Assembly (NCBI GenBank): GCA_043228905.1
Contig: JBHGNT010000007.1
Coordinates: forward strand, 4,588,001 to 4,652,000
Direction: 5' to 3'
Origin: Azolla caroliniana
Taxonomy: Eukaryota; Plantae; Polypodiophyta
Length of the DNA: 64,000 bases
Below the pieces are notes generated by a model. It saw only the letters and a list, made by a program, of their open reading frames with translations, was not told the DNA's origin and did no database searches. The position numbers and the translations under genes are program-made. Positions 45,664-60,600 of the stretch are shown piece by piece. Every line of letters begins with the position of its first letter. Position 1 is the first letter of the stretch.

Positions 45664-45904
45664 ACCCATTCCTTCTCTCAAAGTTCGACACCTCTCATAG
45701 TACTAATCCTTCTCTGTCTTAGTACTATTCCCCGACAATAGTACTAATCCTTCTTTTAGTACTAATTCCTTCTCTGCCTTAATAGAGTTCCTGACAGCAA
45801 CATTCATTGGCAAAGTTCTTGAACATCGAGAGTCGCTACTCACCTTCACGCGTATCACGTGAAATGTAATATTTTTAGTCTCATAGGTCATATTTGACCT
45901 CCGA

Positions 45905-46730
45905 AGACGATAATATAATCTATCTAAAGGTGGCCATTAGACAACTTAGGATATCATCTCACCAACTTGAGATTGAGAATGGTCAGGCTAATAGAGTCCC
46001 TAGAGAGGAAAGACTATGTAGGTTATGCCACATAGAGATAGAGGATGAGCATCACTTCACATGCAAGTGCCCAACTTATGCCGAGATACATGCGGAATAC
46101 CCAGACATATTAGGACCCTCTCCAAAATATTAGATACCCCGAGTGTAAAGAGACTAGGTAGGTATATTTTAGAGCTAAAACAACATAGGGAGAATAAATT
46201 ACAAAGTGTTAACCATAACCCTTTTACTATTCATCAACATGTAACTAGTGTAAATTTTCAGGAACAAGGGGAGACGATGAATGTGGATACACTTACGCCA
46301 CTCTGCCTCTCTCTTGAGGAAGCAAAAATGCAAAAAACAACTAAACGCCCTCAGATGTTAGGCTTCAAAACAAGTCGGCATGGAGTAGAAAAGATTAAAA
46401 AGATAAGGGAACATGAGCTGCGTCGACTAGAAGCTATGGTTGGGGTACCGTTTACATTGACATCACGGGCCACATCCACATCGCAACCCTTTGACCTCCT
46501 GCTTCTCTTTAAGAGACTTGGATGGAAATGAAATTAGGCCTAGTATAACATTTCCATTGTAGAACATGATTTTTATATAGAACATGTTTATTATTTTACT
46601 AGAACTATTTAGCTTAAACTCTATTTTATCTTATTTTTATTTATTTTTTACTCTCGATGAATGGGTAAGTATCCCATTTTTTGTTGTAAACCATTTGTCT
46701 CATGGGCCAATTTTGGCCTTAGAAGACGTT

Positions 46731-46798
<68 letters not shown>

Positions 46799-46800
46799 TC
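45905..46800 (+). mobile_element. Second LINE 3' fragment with 3' UTR and (CT)n(CA)n tail
   Basis: QLRISSHQLEIENG...RLCRLCHIEIEDEHHFTCKCP; 3' UTR shared with 39186-39260. Confidence 0.75.
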
Positions 46801-46839
46801 TTTCCCTTCTTAGTACTAATCCTCATTCTTCCCGAAAGT

Positions 46840-47620
46840 AATAGGTTGGTGGAATCGATCCTCATTCCGCATTTGATCGTTGTGTGGCTCGATTCAAGGC
46901 GTACCGAAGTCGTCCCTCTGGTAAGCAGGTGTATTCATAGTGATCAAGGGTATGCATGTGGGAGTGACAAATTGGACAGTGTGACCTCATTGTGCATTGA
47001 ACTGTCAAATGACCCAAATTCAAGCACATTGTGCATTGCATGGTCTGCCGAAACTAGAGTTCTTTATCTTTTGGCAAAGCACGTTGGAGGGAGGCCATCG
47101 AGAGGGTGTTGTTGGTTTGGACGTTGTCCATGGTTAAGACGCGATCAAGGACATGCTCGATCGAGTTTTGTGAAAAGTCGAGCAATGCCAATGTTGTTCG
47201 GAGGGGCTCCTTGAGAGCCACGAGAAATGTATCCTTAATTCATCTGCAGGGATTTGTCAAGCCAACTATCGTCGTAAGTTCTGAAACCGAATCATAAATT
47301 GTGGAACCGATTCTTGAGGTTCTTGGGACATGGCGTAGAACTGGCTCATTAGTTCCCGTTTTGGGATTTTCCTATGAAGAGTCAAATAAATCTGTCCTAA
47401 AGCTCTTGAAATGACGGAAACTCTCCCAAGTTGTGTTGGGGGTACCAGTTCGTTGCTTGTCCTTCAAGTGACAAGCCGAATCCTGCAATTTTCGATGTCT
47501 CCGCATCGACCGTGGCCAAGCGTTGTGACACGTGGTTAGCTTGCCACGTTGTGAGGAAAACGCGGACTATGAGGCTCGAAGATGAGTGACAACCATCTTC
47601 ATTCAATTCACCATCAAAAG
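46840..47620 (-). pseudogene. Decayed Ty3/Gypsy gag fragment
   Basis: KIAGFGLSLEGQATNWY...FPSFQEL resembles the retrotransposon gag capsid region. Confidence 0.5.
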
Positions 47621-47697
47621 AGTATACGCCGATCCGAGCTCTACAAACGGCATCGAGAAGGGATTAACTTCGTCGATACATAGATTCTACACAATGT

Positions 47698-48022
47698 TTG
47701 AATATTCACACCTCATGCGTAAACCTTCCTCTCATGTGCTCGCTTGTCTTGTGACTGGGTTGATTCGGGCTTGCCCATGCACCTCTCCTTTTTACAAAGG
47801 CATTTGAATATTCACACCTTGTGTGTAAACCTTCCTCTCATTCATTCGTTTGCCTTGTGATTGGGCTTGATTCGGGCTTGCCCATGCACCTCTCCTTTTC
47901 ACAAAGGCGTTCAAATATTCACACCTCGTGTGTAAACCTTCCTCTCATTCGTTCGCTTGTCTTGTGACTAGGATTGATTTGGGCTTGCCAATGCACCTCT
48001 CCTTTGCACAAAGACATTCAAA
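47698..48022 (+). repeat. Three tandem copies of a ~107-bp unit
   Basis: AATATTCACACCT...AAACCTTCCTCTCAT...GGGCTTGCC(C/A)ATGCACCTCTCCTTT at about 47698, 47804 and 47911. Confidence 0.9.
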
Positions 48023-51000
48023 CTCGTGCCTTGTGTGTTTACTTGTCTGCGTGACCTTGGGTAGTTACGAGCTTGCCCACGCATCTCCCATCAACAAAAC
48101 GCATCTCCCATCAACAAAGGCATCCCTCTTCGACTAATCCCTCGACGAACCCCTAAAGTCAATGAATCAAAAAGGGAAAGATTGAAGAACAAAAGGTCAA
48201 CGAGCCTTGTTCAAGAAGTTCTCTAACTAGCCCTTCTAACTCCCTGTTCCAAGACCCTTGTGGTTCCACTCAAGTAGCACATGCACATGTGTTATTGTGA
48301 CAGTGACTGCCTAATTGCATATGGAAAAGAGTAAAAATCTATCCTTAAGTTGTTAAGATATTTGAAAGTGTTCACATATCATGTAAAAAACTTTACACAT
48401 AATATAAACTATTGTTGGGAAAAAACAAACATTCTTTTTTATTTGTGTTCTATTATCCACCCCTCACCTCACACAATCGACGTTGCGTGAGATCCATAGC
48501 ACCCCTTATGTATAACAAAAGCATGATGACTATGTTTCAAAAATTAACCTCTTCAATGCCTTCTTCTTGTGAACCATTTCTTCCGGCTCATTAATGCACA
48601 AGCCACGGAGAGTAGGCATCCTTGCTTAACAAAAGTAGTGGTAGTTAAAAGCACACAACATATTGCTTTCTCACAGATGAGAGATCTATCATCCCCCTAA
48701 AAGCACACTTCATATTGCTTTCTCATTGATGAGAGAGAGTGAAAGATGTTACTATCTCCCTTGGAGAACAAATATGATCTATGTGATCAAAGTGAAAGAT
48801 TTCATTGTGTGCTCATAAATAAATTATTCTCACATTCTAGAGGTTTACTAATTAATGTTGCAAATGAGAGTCCATATTGTCACTTAGAGAGAAATGTGTG
48901 TAAGGACAAGTCAATGTTGAATATAGTCTAAACGCTTATATACTCTTTACACTTGATTTTCTTTTAAACTAAAAAGGGGAATTGTTAAAACTTAAAACCC
49001 TTCAATACTTCTAAGACATGGGCCCATTTTCTCTGAAGGATTCTCGAGCTCATTTGTCCCCAAGACATTCCTAATTGCAATTAACTCCCAACAATATCCA
49101 CCCTCATGGGACAATTTTTCTTGCTATGAGCTTGGGGTTTAACTCTTCATTTAGATATTTGGAAGGCTTGGGATGTGATTCAAACACCACATACGACTCA
49201 AAGTGAATGGATCAAGTTTGTGGAGTTTCCCAAGGTTCCATACAGTTCTCAAACATCTTGAAAGTATTGGAAAAGAAGGGGTTCAATAGTAACATGAAAA
49301 TCTATGAAACGATCGATAGAAACATTAAGTGAGAATGTCCAAAATATTGGAAAGGCAAGAGCTTTATATCTTACGACTCACGAGATTTCCTATCTTTGTG
49401 AAACGGAATATGACAAGGGGTGTTAGAGAGCTACACAGTGGCCCAAATTTTTGAGAGATGCCCTTATGTGCAGAGGCAGAAAGTGCTAAGTGGAAGTTGC
49501 AAAACCAAGGAATATGTAAGGCCTAACTTCAACTGTTTTATTTTTGCAAAAGCCATGTTGACATCGTAATTTATGCCATTTTCAATTTCTCAAGAAATTG
49601 TATAGGTGTAAAGATAAGTTGGCCCATCTTGGGCAACTCTTCAATTTCACATGTCAGTTCTCACATAGAGAAGACAAAGACATTAAGTGACAGCAATTTC
49701 ACATTGTAGCAGAAATGCACCGGTTGTTTGTATTGCTCGCAACATCAAGTGACAAGGTACTCTTTAACATTGTTTTTAACTATCATCAAGTGCTTATTAA
49801 AAACCTTTGTTTACTCGTGGTGATCCACCGCTTTGACCAAGTTATTGATTCTTGCAAGGGTGGAGCGCCTCTTTGTGTTTTATACTTACACATTTCGTAG
49901 TAAGTTAACCATTATGGCGAACTCATGTTTCATTCAATATCTATTGTTTGACACTGAAACATGGCAATATAGCTACTACATTCTACCAAAACAAAATAGA
50001 ACGTGAACTTTATTCAAGTTTATTTTTGTAGTTATTTTTGTTTACAAATTTGGAGATATGTGTGTGAATGGGTCTCTATTCTTGTATTGTTAAGATCAAG
50101 AATAATATACATATCCTTATATTGTAATGATTTCAATTACATATGATAAGGCTAGCCAAATGTTATGTTTCTTAATCATTTTGGTTTTATTATGATGACA
50201 CATGCTCAACCTTTATGATCAAAAGAAGGTTCAGAGTTGGAGGTCATAAGACTATTTTTTGTCATGTGCAAAAAAGGTGTGCAATGTAGGCTTGCTAGCA
50301 TTATAACTATATCAACTAGGAAATTATATTGGTATGGTGTTAGAATACGAGGTTCTTCTTATCAATGGTTTGCCAAAGTTGGGCATTTGAATAATGTATA
50401 TTTGCCTTCTTCCAGTCTTTGGTACTCCTACCTTAGGTTATTATATTTAAAGCATGTTGTTGTAAGATGGATGTGTGAGCCAAATTAAAGAATATTCATT
50501 TAATCATGCAATTATATACAAAGAGGGGACGATTGCTCTATATCTTCCATATTCTATTTCTCATTGGATGCATGGAATGATAATACAATATTGTCTAGAA
50601 TGGAATCCATTTCAGTAGTTGGATTGTTCTAACATTCCATTATATGAATGATGGCATATCATGTCTTTAGAACTATGTTTGACACAATCATTAATGCAAA
50701 ATGATGCAACAAACATATTATTGCAATTATAGGACGCTTTACAAGTAAAGTTGCTTTGCCCCCCAAAACAATGAAGAAAAATTATACACATTATTCTTAT
50801 CAACGCATTAAATGTTTACTATAAGTTTCATCATAACCATATTGTTGTTTTTCCTTACGTTTCAACGTCAAAACATGGCGTGAAAGGAACAATCTAGTAT
50901 CTACATTATTCTAATAGACAAAGTGAAACCTTAACACAATGGGCATTGATGTCCTTTCAAACTGTAGGCAATGTAGTCAATTTATAATATATTTGTTGGC

Positions 51001-54000
51001 TAATAGGTGATTCACAATATTGGACAACATTTTTAGCAAAAACCCTCATGTCTAACCCAAACAAATCATATTCATTGCCTAGCTAGACATTTCGAGAAAG
51101 TGTTGATAGACTTTTTACTTAAAGTTAACATGTTTGGAGCAAACTATCAAAACAAAAATTACTTCTGATTTGTTCAGACAACTTAAAAAATGTGCATGAA
51201 TATTTCAAGCATTATGTTTGAGAATTTTCATTTCCAATAAAAGTTAACCTAATATTATGTTGAAACTAGATTAGAAGATAATTATCACAACTCAAACTAA
51301 GCAATGGGAATTGGTAAATATTACTCAAACTTTTCCAAAGTCCTAACCAAGTCCTTTCCCATGATTTAGTTTTGGTTTGGTACATGCTCCCATGTTTAAT
51401 AATGAATTCTCTCTATAATCAACATTCTAGCTCCTTGACCATGAATCTCGTCCTAATCCACTTATTCTTTCGCAACCTATTTATGAGTCTCTTCATAATC
51501 CATTCGTCCTACTTTAAAGCTTTGGTTAATCTCTTTGCAATTCACTTATCCTATCCCAAATCCCATCATTTAATCTTGTGTGAATCCACTTTAACAAGGC
51601 TCTTTATTATTTTAGTAGTGATAAAATTAAATAGAAAATGTTACATTTGGTAAGCAAACTAAAAGCAATGTAGTTCAAAACTTTTTCTCTTGATTATATA
51701 TAGCATTCTTCTTTTTCGGGAAAAGGAGAAAGAAACAAGTATGCTAGTCATTGTAAAAAAAGAAACAAAATCGAGCATAGAAAAGACCAAATAGTACAAG
51801 GCATCATAAAGTACAATCATAATATGTGCACACTATTACCAACAAATGGATTTGGCAATGTTAAATGCTTGGCTACAACGTAGACGAGAAAAAGAGAGAT
51901 TGCATTGGAAACAAAGTTTGGCTACATGACCCATAACATTAAGTTCATACTCCCAACCCTTTGATACAATAGTTGATCATGATTATGCATTTCTCACCTT
52001 TCCTTTTACGTGGGTTGGTTCCATTCTGGCAAAAGTAACATTGTTAATGTGGTAAGCACAAACTTTATATGCAAATGGAGAGTTAACCGAGGCAGTATAT
52101 CATGTAAAACTAATGAGAGGAAGAAGAAGAAAAAAAGAAGATAATCTTGTGAATTGTAAATTGTAATATGAAGGTTAAAAACAAGGAAGGGGGAAGTTCG
52201 AGAAAGGAAGGTCCTTGGAGGGGGTGTCAAAATTTCAATTATAGCTTCCACATTTGCTACAGGACAACCTCATGAGAGGACGGCAAAGCTGCAAATGAGT
52301 GGTATTGGAAACATGCATGATAAAGACCACTTTCAACTAGTATTGTACTAGGGGATTGTGTGTGACTTAGCATGAAAGGAAGAGAAAACCATGTGAGTCC
52401 ATAGCAATGTGCATTTGTAAAATGTGACTTGAAGTGATGTGAATTATAAGGAACTCTTGAAAGGAATAAGGTCATCTTATTATAAGGATTAAATTCAATC
52501 AATTTGATTTCTTTTATCCGAGCAAGAAAGATTGTGTAGCCCCTACTCTTCGTCGCCTCCATTGACACATGATGGAACTCTAAAAATAAAGGACCTAGAG
52601 TTTCGACGAGATCGCGAAAGTTCTTAAAGTTGGGGAGCGTGTTCTTTCCTTTAAACTAGAGTTGAAAATATAATAATGTTCTTATAGAGACCTACGTGCT
52701 TTTGAGCTCCCAACTTGATGCAATCCCATCAATTACAACGAGTTTCTTTTATTTGAAAACAACCCTCCCCTGAGGTTTCTTCCTAAGTTGCACAAATTAC
52801 CACCTATGGGAATTGCATGGCACGATATGTACAAAATTTGGTTTGTATTACATGCGTATTACATACATTTGTAAGTTGCATGTTCATTATTTGGCATGTT
52901 TAGAAAAAGGGATTATCTCGTAGATTTTTTCCATTCACCTGTACGAATGAGCTTTGATGCAAGCAAGAACACTTAAAACCCATCATTTGCTCATGCTTGG
53001 ATTACACACACATATGTAGAAGGCATAGAGTTTTCATGTAGCTTGTCTTTATTTTTGTATTGCCCTCATAAGAGGAACAAATAATGAGCAATAGCATTGC
53101 CAAGCAATCTTGTAAGGCTTGAGGCTCATGAAAAATCACAAAAACAAGGGTCTTTGGAGAGGATTCAACAAACCCTAGGTGCAAAAGATGAAAGGAGCAA
53201 GGAGGTGAGAGAAACACAAAATATAATTATGACTTGCAAAGTCGGGAACCCCTTGGAGTCGGAAACTCAATCCAATGAAAGGATTTTGGAGACTATTATA
53301 TTTACATTTTTTATTTGAGAAGCGTGAAGGAATGATGAGCAATTGTTGTGTCTCTTTTGGGAAATGCATTTATAGATCGTATGACAAAATTATCAAACTT
53401 TGAAGTCAATGGATAATGTATTGGGAGGAATCCGGAATGTACCCCAAGGGTATTTATTGATTAGCAAAATCATTAAAACCTTAAAATATATTAATGTTTT
53501 TTACCTTATAAGGGACGTAAATTTAAAGTAGGACAAACTCTTTCGTGAAACCTTAACTTTCCTAGTTTTTCCGTAGATGCCCCTTCAGGCTCTTTTTGTT
53601 GTATTCCCCTGAATGCCCTTAGTTCCACATGATAAAGCACTCATGTAAGTGTATTTCTTCTCGTCGCTTGTCAAAGCCAATCAATCGCGACATTCATAAA
53701 TTAAGATATTTTTTTTCTAACAATGGTTTATATTATCAATTAAGAGATAATTAGCATGACAAAGTTCAGGAAAATCAAATCCTGATCTTTATTCGTTCTT
53801 GTTTTTTCGACGATGAATAAGTTGCTTCACCAATTACTATTTATCCGTAAGGTTTCTAGATTTTAGCTTCTTCTTAACAGTTGACTATTTTAACTCTAAT
53901 TAAGTCATCCATACATGATTGGAATTTGATGAGATTTTTCTATAAGGAGCCAATAACCATCCCTCAATTTGTTGATCAATTTTTATATACTTCAAGAAGT

Positions 54001-54342
54001 GCGAGAGGGATGTAGAAGCCCCACCTCTCCCCTGAATAGCATTGGAAAGCATACAAGAAACCTATGGGCAAGGTGGATGTAATACTAAGAAACATTATAA
54101 AAAAAATTTAGAAGTTGGTTCTATTTTTTATTTGTTGATTTATCCAATTATGATTTGCAATCAGAATTATCATCATAAAAGAAGATCCTCTAAAGATATC
54201 CTTAATGCAAGTTTCCCACTAATTAAATAAAGAAATATATTGGCTAGTAGTTATAAAATATATGTCCTAAAAACAACTCCTAGATGCCCTCAAGTTTTTC
54301 TTTATTTCACTACAGGCCCCTATGTTTGTTTTCTCGTTGTCC

Positions 54343-54638
54343 CAAATTTAACTCGGGTTGCCTTCCACACCTTCACTCAGGGGTTCAAAAGAAAATGGTT
54401 AACTTGTCATGAATGGAGTGCAATGTTCTTGTCAAGGAAGGAAAACTCTCTTGAGTAGATCATATCTAAGATCATTTTGTTGGCATCTTGTTATCGCAAA
54501 TTTAACTCGGGTTGCCCTCTGCACCTTCACTCAGGGGTTCAAAAGAAAATGGTTAACTAGACACGAATGAAGTGCAATGTTCTTTTCAAGGAAAGCTCTC
54601 TTTTGTAGATCATATCTAAGATCATTTTGTTGGCATCC
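54343..54638 (+). repeat. ~150-bp tandem duplication
   Basis: CAAATTTAACTCGGGTTGCC...GATCATATCTAAGATCATTTTGTTGGCATC at 54343 and 54497. Confidence 0.9.
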
Positions 54639-57600
54639 ATAATTCAAACCTTCACACACATGGGAATATTCCAAAATGCTATGAAATCTCTACTCTTGAT
54701 CAATCTCTCCTTTATGTACGAAAAACATAAACAACAATTTATAAAGGGAGTCGAGAACAATAGGCATAATTCAGAGCTCTTCAATTTGTTACTATCACAA
54801 ATACGTACGAACATTTATAATAAAGCTTCCGAAAAGGAATTGTATAAACTTCAAAAAGAAACTTTGCCCTCGAGGTTTTAGGTTTAAATTCCAAATATTA
54901 ATTGTTGATCCCATCAAAATGGTGCAATACATGAAACTCCATTATTTGTCTTGAGGAAATGCCATTTTATATTGGAGACACATACAATAGGATTCTGCAT
55001 TATTATCTTATACATGTGTACCTTATTTGAGCATACTAGAGAGACTTTCCAGAGATTTTGTACAAGCTTGGTAGCAAGCACAAGGCAAGACTCAAGAGTC
55101 TACCTTGTTTACATGTGAACCCACCCATAAAGAAACACTGAAATACGTACATCGATTTTGATACCCAATAGTTGCGATGATGTGCTATCCTTGTGACCAA
55201 TTTAATTATTGAACTCAATAGCTTCCTATTAACCGTTTGTTTCTATAGTCAGCTTTATGCACTTGTTCTCCACCTTCTCGAGCTCCTTTTCTAACTTTTT
55301 CTTCCAAAGGATTCTAATAAGTTTCTTTTTCATTATGCTACATGTTTGGCTTGCTCAAGAAAATTAGAGGAAGAAATAATAACCAGAGTTATCGTGGTTG
55401 TTGCCGAAATGGACCAATTTGCTTGAAGCACGTTCCTCAACGATAATCTTGAGAATTATATACAATTCTCCACAAAACCAGTTATTTTATTCGATTTTCA
55501 TTTCCTTATTGACAAGAGAATATTGTATAGCATTAAGTTTCATTTTTGGAAGCTCACAGGATTAGTGGATGAGATCCACCTGCCAACCATCACCTTATAT
55601 AGTGTGATGCTCATAGTTTTGCTTTATTGGCTATTACCTATCATGATGTGGTATTGCCGGTGTGTTCACTTTGTTGATGCCTAGGTTGCATAAGATAACA
55701 TTGTACTTTAGCGAAGATATCAATGTTGGACCATTATCCCTTGAAACAAAATATTTTCATTCTCATCAATCATACAATTTTTTGTCAAGTTAATTTTAAT
55801 TTGCCTTCTTTTAGCATATATTTTACATGTCTATAAACCTTCAATAACACAACTTTAGCTTGCAATCTAGTTATTATCAATAATGCATTAACACGATATT
55901 ATTTCCTTTAAATTTATCATGAGCAACTGTTAACACATTGGTTTGGGCCATGTAAAACCAATTGTTGATGTCAAGAGGTGCAAAATAGTTATTTTGCATT
56001 GTCACAAACTACACTTATGAAGTGTTTTTGGCTTGCTAAAAAGGAAACCATCTCATGGTTTGCCAATGCTAAATGCAACCTTATATTATTTGTCTCTATT
56101 TTAATACCCATGTTGCAAATTTTGTTTTTCTAACGAGGGTTAGAGTCATCTATTTGTATACTTATTGTTGATTGAACTTAGAACTATTTAGCAACTTGAA
56201 ATGGATGTGTCAGTTCTCACGCTCCATAAGCCCTCCAATTTGAAGCCCCTTAGTGCTCACCACTCAATAGAGGATGAGGGTTCACAATGACCAATGCCCC
56301 AAGGGGGGAGCATAACACACCAAAGCTAGTCTTCCATTCACCAACTAGTCTATCTTTAGGCCTTCGCAAGCTTATGAGAGTTGTCTTACCCACACACATC
56401 ACGAATGACGGCTATTGAATATCTATGTAGTGATTGCAATCATGATTGATTTATTCCTTCCTATTTTGAAGGGATATTTTCCTTTACTTTTATTTGAAGA
56501 CAATAATAGAAAAGAAAGGGAGCACCTATAGGCTATAATATTCCCTCACATCTCTTTTTGTATCAACTATTGAAGCATGTGTCAAATCCCACGTCAAGTT
56601 ACTTGTCATCTAAGCTCGGTTAGTTTGTTCCGCCTACCTTGGATTGCTTCATGTTTTTTCTGTGGCATGTCCTTGCTTCTAGTTATTGTCCATTATCCAT
56701 GTTTCTCTTCTCATGAGGTTATAAAATGCCAACTTATTTTTGTGGTTATTTAAGTACTTGCTTTCGCCTTTTTCATACCTTCACAAATGTCCACACACTA
56801 ACATGCACAGATGGTGTCATTCCCCTATATTTCTATGTTATAGTACACTTCAGTGGGTTATACATGAACAAGGGCACAACATGAAGTTTGCATAACAATT
56901 GCAATCGAATGGTCAATGATAACTTTTATAGGCCCCATACTATTGAACAACAATGTAAATAAGTCTTTGCAAGTGAAATTATAAGAAGTGAAACATAGGA
57001 ATTGAGGAAACTTTGCATACCATTTTCCGAGTGGTGTGAGACTTACTAGGTGCTTCCTAGGCAAGTGATACAATACATAACATGGTCCATCTCTCTTGGT
57101 GATTGTTTTACAATAGTGTAGGATATGTACATGGGCTTTACTTGGCTTGTGCTACCATACTCAATCCAAAGACAAGGTTGCCCCTCAACACACATAATTA
57201 AAGTTGCTCAATGGCAATGTAGGATGGCATTGCACTACTCGCACTTATACCTATTATTTGAATCTAGGAATTAGAGTCTTGGCCATTCCATGTTGATTCC
57301 ATAAGGATATCACGTACAAAAGCAAGTGAACATTTAAAACCACCTCTTGTAGTGAGCATGACATCCTAATATAGTTATTTCTCATAACCACATACAAAAG
57401 CAATAGAAAAAGAAACCATATTATAAGGCAATATATCGCACTTTCCAAATAATCAAATACCCTCATATTGAGGTTCATCAAATAAGTTTGAAGTGCTTTT
57501 GTTCTATATATATAATAGAGAAACACAAGTTATGAGAATAAATAATTTTATCCTTGCACGTGCTAGGTATGTTAAAATGTGAATCATTGGTCATGAATAG

Positions 57601-60600
57601 CTCCGACACTAATCCACCCTAATTATGAGCTATTTTGTAATATTCCCAACATCAAGAAGTTGGCTATATATTAACAATCAAGCTTAAGATTATCTCTCGA
57701 CAATATCTATCTAGGTTATGGTTGCACAAGAGCTAATGAGTCTATCTTGTACTTCAATGACTCGTTTTATAAGTATTAATGAACGATTATGATAATGGAA
57801 CCATCTCTATAGAGTTTCATGCACTCATGTAAAGTTAGTGGTCTTGTGTTCTATCATAATGTATGCAAATTTGAATAACTACGAAACAATGTTATGACAA
57901 GGGTAAATGGTGTCTTCCATGTGTAGTTTTTATCATACATGTTAGTTATATGTTATCTACATAAAGTCTTATATCACTGTGTTGTAGATTCATCATAGAT
58001 ACCATCATTTTTAGTAAAAAAGGTTTATTCATTGGTTATTAGTGGAAGTGGGGCATGTCACTATTGCTCCGCTATTAATGTTTCTCATAGAAGTCTAGGC
58101 AATATCTCAAATTTCAATATTAGTGTGGTTGTTAATGGTCTTGGCTACTAACAATTTCCTTGGTAAGTCACTACCTCCCTAATTAATTAAATGAAATATG
58201 AATGGATCCTTACCTTGTGTTCCTTAACCTACATCATTGGCATTGGTGATTAGATTCTATTGTTATTTGCAATGTATATCAATGAAATCACTATTGGTCA
58301 TATAACATATCAGCAATATCATGAGTGATCGTTAATGTTATGGCTCTTTATAATCTTTAACAATGTTATATTCATCTCCTTCGGCTAAATTTCTAATGCA
58401 ACTTCAATGTGGAATAGAAAACCACCACAATGAGCCTCTTATATGTATACCTTACATGCGAATTCCTCACAAATAAGAAACCATCTACTTCGATCGTAGT
58501 AAATATGATGCTTGGACTATATGACCCATAGAAGCATTGGTATTCAAACTTATTAGAGACAACAAAGGATATCCAATAGCTCTAAAATTTTGCAAGAATT
58601 GGAGATTTTAAAAAATTTGCACACAATATTTAATCTTAGGATTTATGAAAGATTTTTGAGTGCTTGTACATAAATATGACACATAAGAACTTTGGTAGTC
58701 GAATGTGTTCGACATAATGAATGATTGTCAATCCCAATGGCTTTAAATTTTGAGAAGTTGAACATGCCTCTCTCAAAGCTCACCCATGTTGCAATTGTGT
58801 GGAATAATTATTTGGATGGTAAAAGAGAAATGGGATCTTTTTCACTTTAAAATGAATAGGTTATATAAGAACATCCTATCGTTAGTATGTGCTTTGCAAT
58901 ATGCACTTGCAAGTTGTACATATAAGATAGAAACGATATTCATGACCAATATGACACCTAAGGTAAGATACATTGCACGATGGTTTGCTATTTTCTCATT
59001 TTGAAGGAATTAACTTGGATGGCAAGCAAGATTTAGGTCATTTTAATTTGGCACGTACTCAATGTCAATAGTAAAAAAGAAGAACATTGTAACAAAAGTT
59101 ATGTGCACGATATAAAAGGCCCACTAAAGAGTTGACTTATAAACTCATACCATGTGAGAATGTTGTCAAAGAGTATTTTGTAGGAAATTGGAATTGATAT
59201 GTTTGTGATTCTTTTGTTTTCTTCAGTAAACACACATTTACCCCATTTACAAAATAAAAGTATACATAACGAGCATTGCACTCTCATGTTGAAACCTTCA
59301 AATGAAATTTAAGAAATGGAACCAATATTCATACATATGGAACATTTGATTTTATCAAAGTTGTGTGAAGCAATGATGTTCTCATAAAGATGAAATCATA
59401 TTTCACGTACAAAAGAAGAAGAAGAAAGTCACCATCCATTCGTGAAAAACTATCGAGGGTTGTTACATGCTAGAATGGGTGCTCTGTTAAAGTATGTCGG
59501 ATCTATAGGGTGCCTTCTTTTTTTTAAAGAAATCATGAGTATGGACTTTTCTATTATTGCATGAATTTAGTCCCAATAAAGTCAATATATTTGTTCCAAA
59601 TTGCCACTTAGAGTAGTGGCCCTTGTTAAAGTCAATCATCTCTATTTGTGAAGAGGACAAGAGGCCAAATGTGGGATATAACTTTAAACAATTCACTTGA
59701 AACACCGAGATTCCTGTAAAGAGTGCTTAATGCATAGGTAGCTTAGGCATGCAAGTACTAGTTATAATTGTGCTTTTGGTTGAGGTAATTTGAAACTATA
59801 ATTGATCTTTGATTTGTGGCTAGTCATAAACACATATTAGAAATGAAACATTATCACATGGTTGAATGGTCCAAGCACAAGTTACATTGTCATTACCCAC
59901 GCTAAAGACTAAAGTATATGCACACCAACTTGGTCCATGAAATATATTGATGGAGACTAAATATGCCTTTTTGTATATTTTGTGTTAAGCGGATAATTTT
60001 ATTGTCCCACAAAGAAACTAATACTCGAGTTAGGTTGTCAACAACTTGCTTGAATTAAAAAGAAGATCTATTCTCCCAACTAATGATAACTTCACCAAAG
60101 ACTAAGTTGACTGATACTCTATGTTAAGTTTTAGGGGCAATGGTAGTCTAGTATCTAAGTGTGTTGCACACATGTGTAGTGTCTAGTGGGTTATGGCAAA
60201 GATAGCACGAGCTTGGTTCAAGGGTCAATGGATTACCATGTTGACAAGATTTAATGTATGTTACCGATGAGTGCTATCACAATCAGTTATAATTGATTGA
60301 GATGACTTTCTTTTTAATGGAAACCAAATTTATCTTATGGAGGTTCCACATGAGAGCTAGCAAGAGCTTTAGATGCGAGACACTAATATCTTCTCGTAAT
60401 AAAAATTGTTCTTCATCCATAATGAATTGATAAACTCATATGCAAAAATACATAGGTTTGCTTTATCTACTTATTCTTGTCATTTGATACATATACATCT
60501 ACATTGGACTTAATAATTATAATTTATAAGTTTGTATTATTCATTTGATGTTTTGACACGTAAGAGTGGCTCTATAAAGAACTTCATCAAAGACTATGGC

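Larger units (their letters stand above)
40028..45796 (+). mobile_element. Intact young chromovirus (Tcn1/Tf1-like Ty3/Gypsy)
   Basis: 461-bp LTRs 40028-40488 and 45336-45796 with only 2 differences seen by eye; TSD GCAAC; PPT AAAGGGGGGATAG; intact gag and pol. Confidence 0.97.
39325..45900 (+). mobile_element. LINE ORF2 C-terminal remnant (39325-40027 and 45797-45900), split by the intact chromovirus
   Basis: RLPRIAW, MRLSSHALRCETERW...LCTLC...ESQYHTLIQC (CCHC tail of non-LTR ORF2). Confidence 0.75.
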
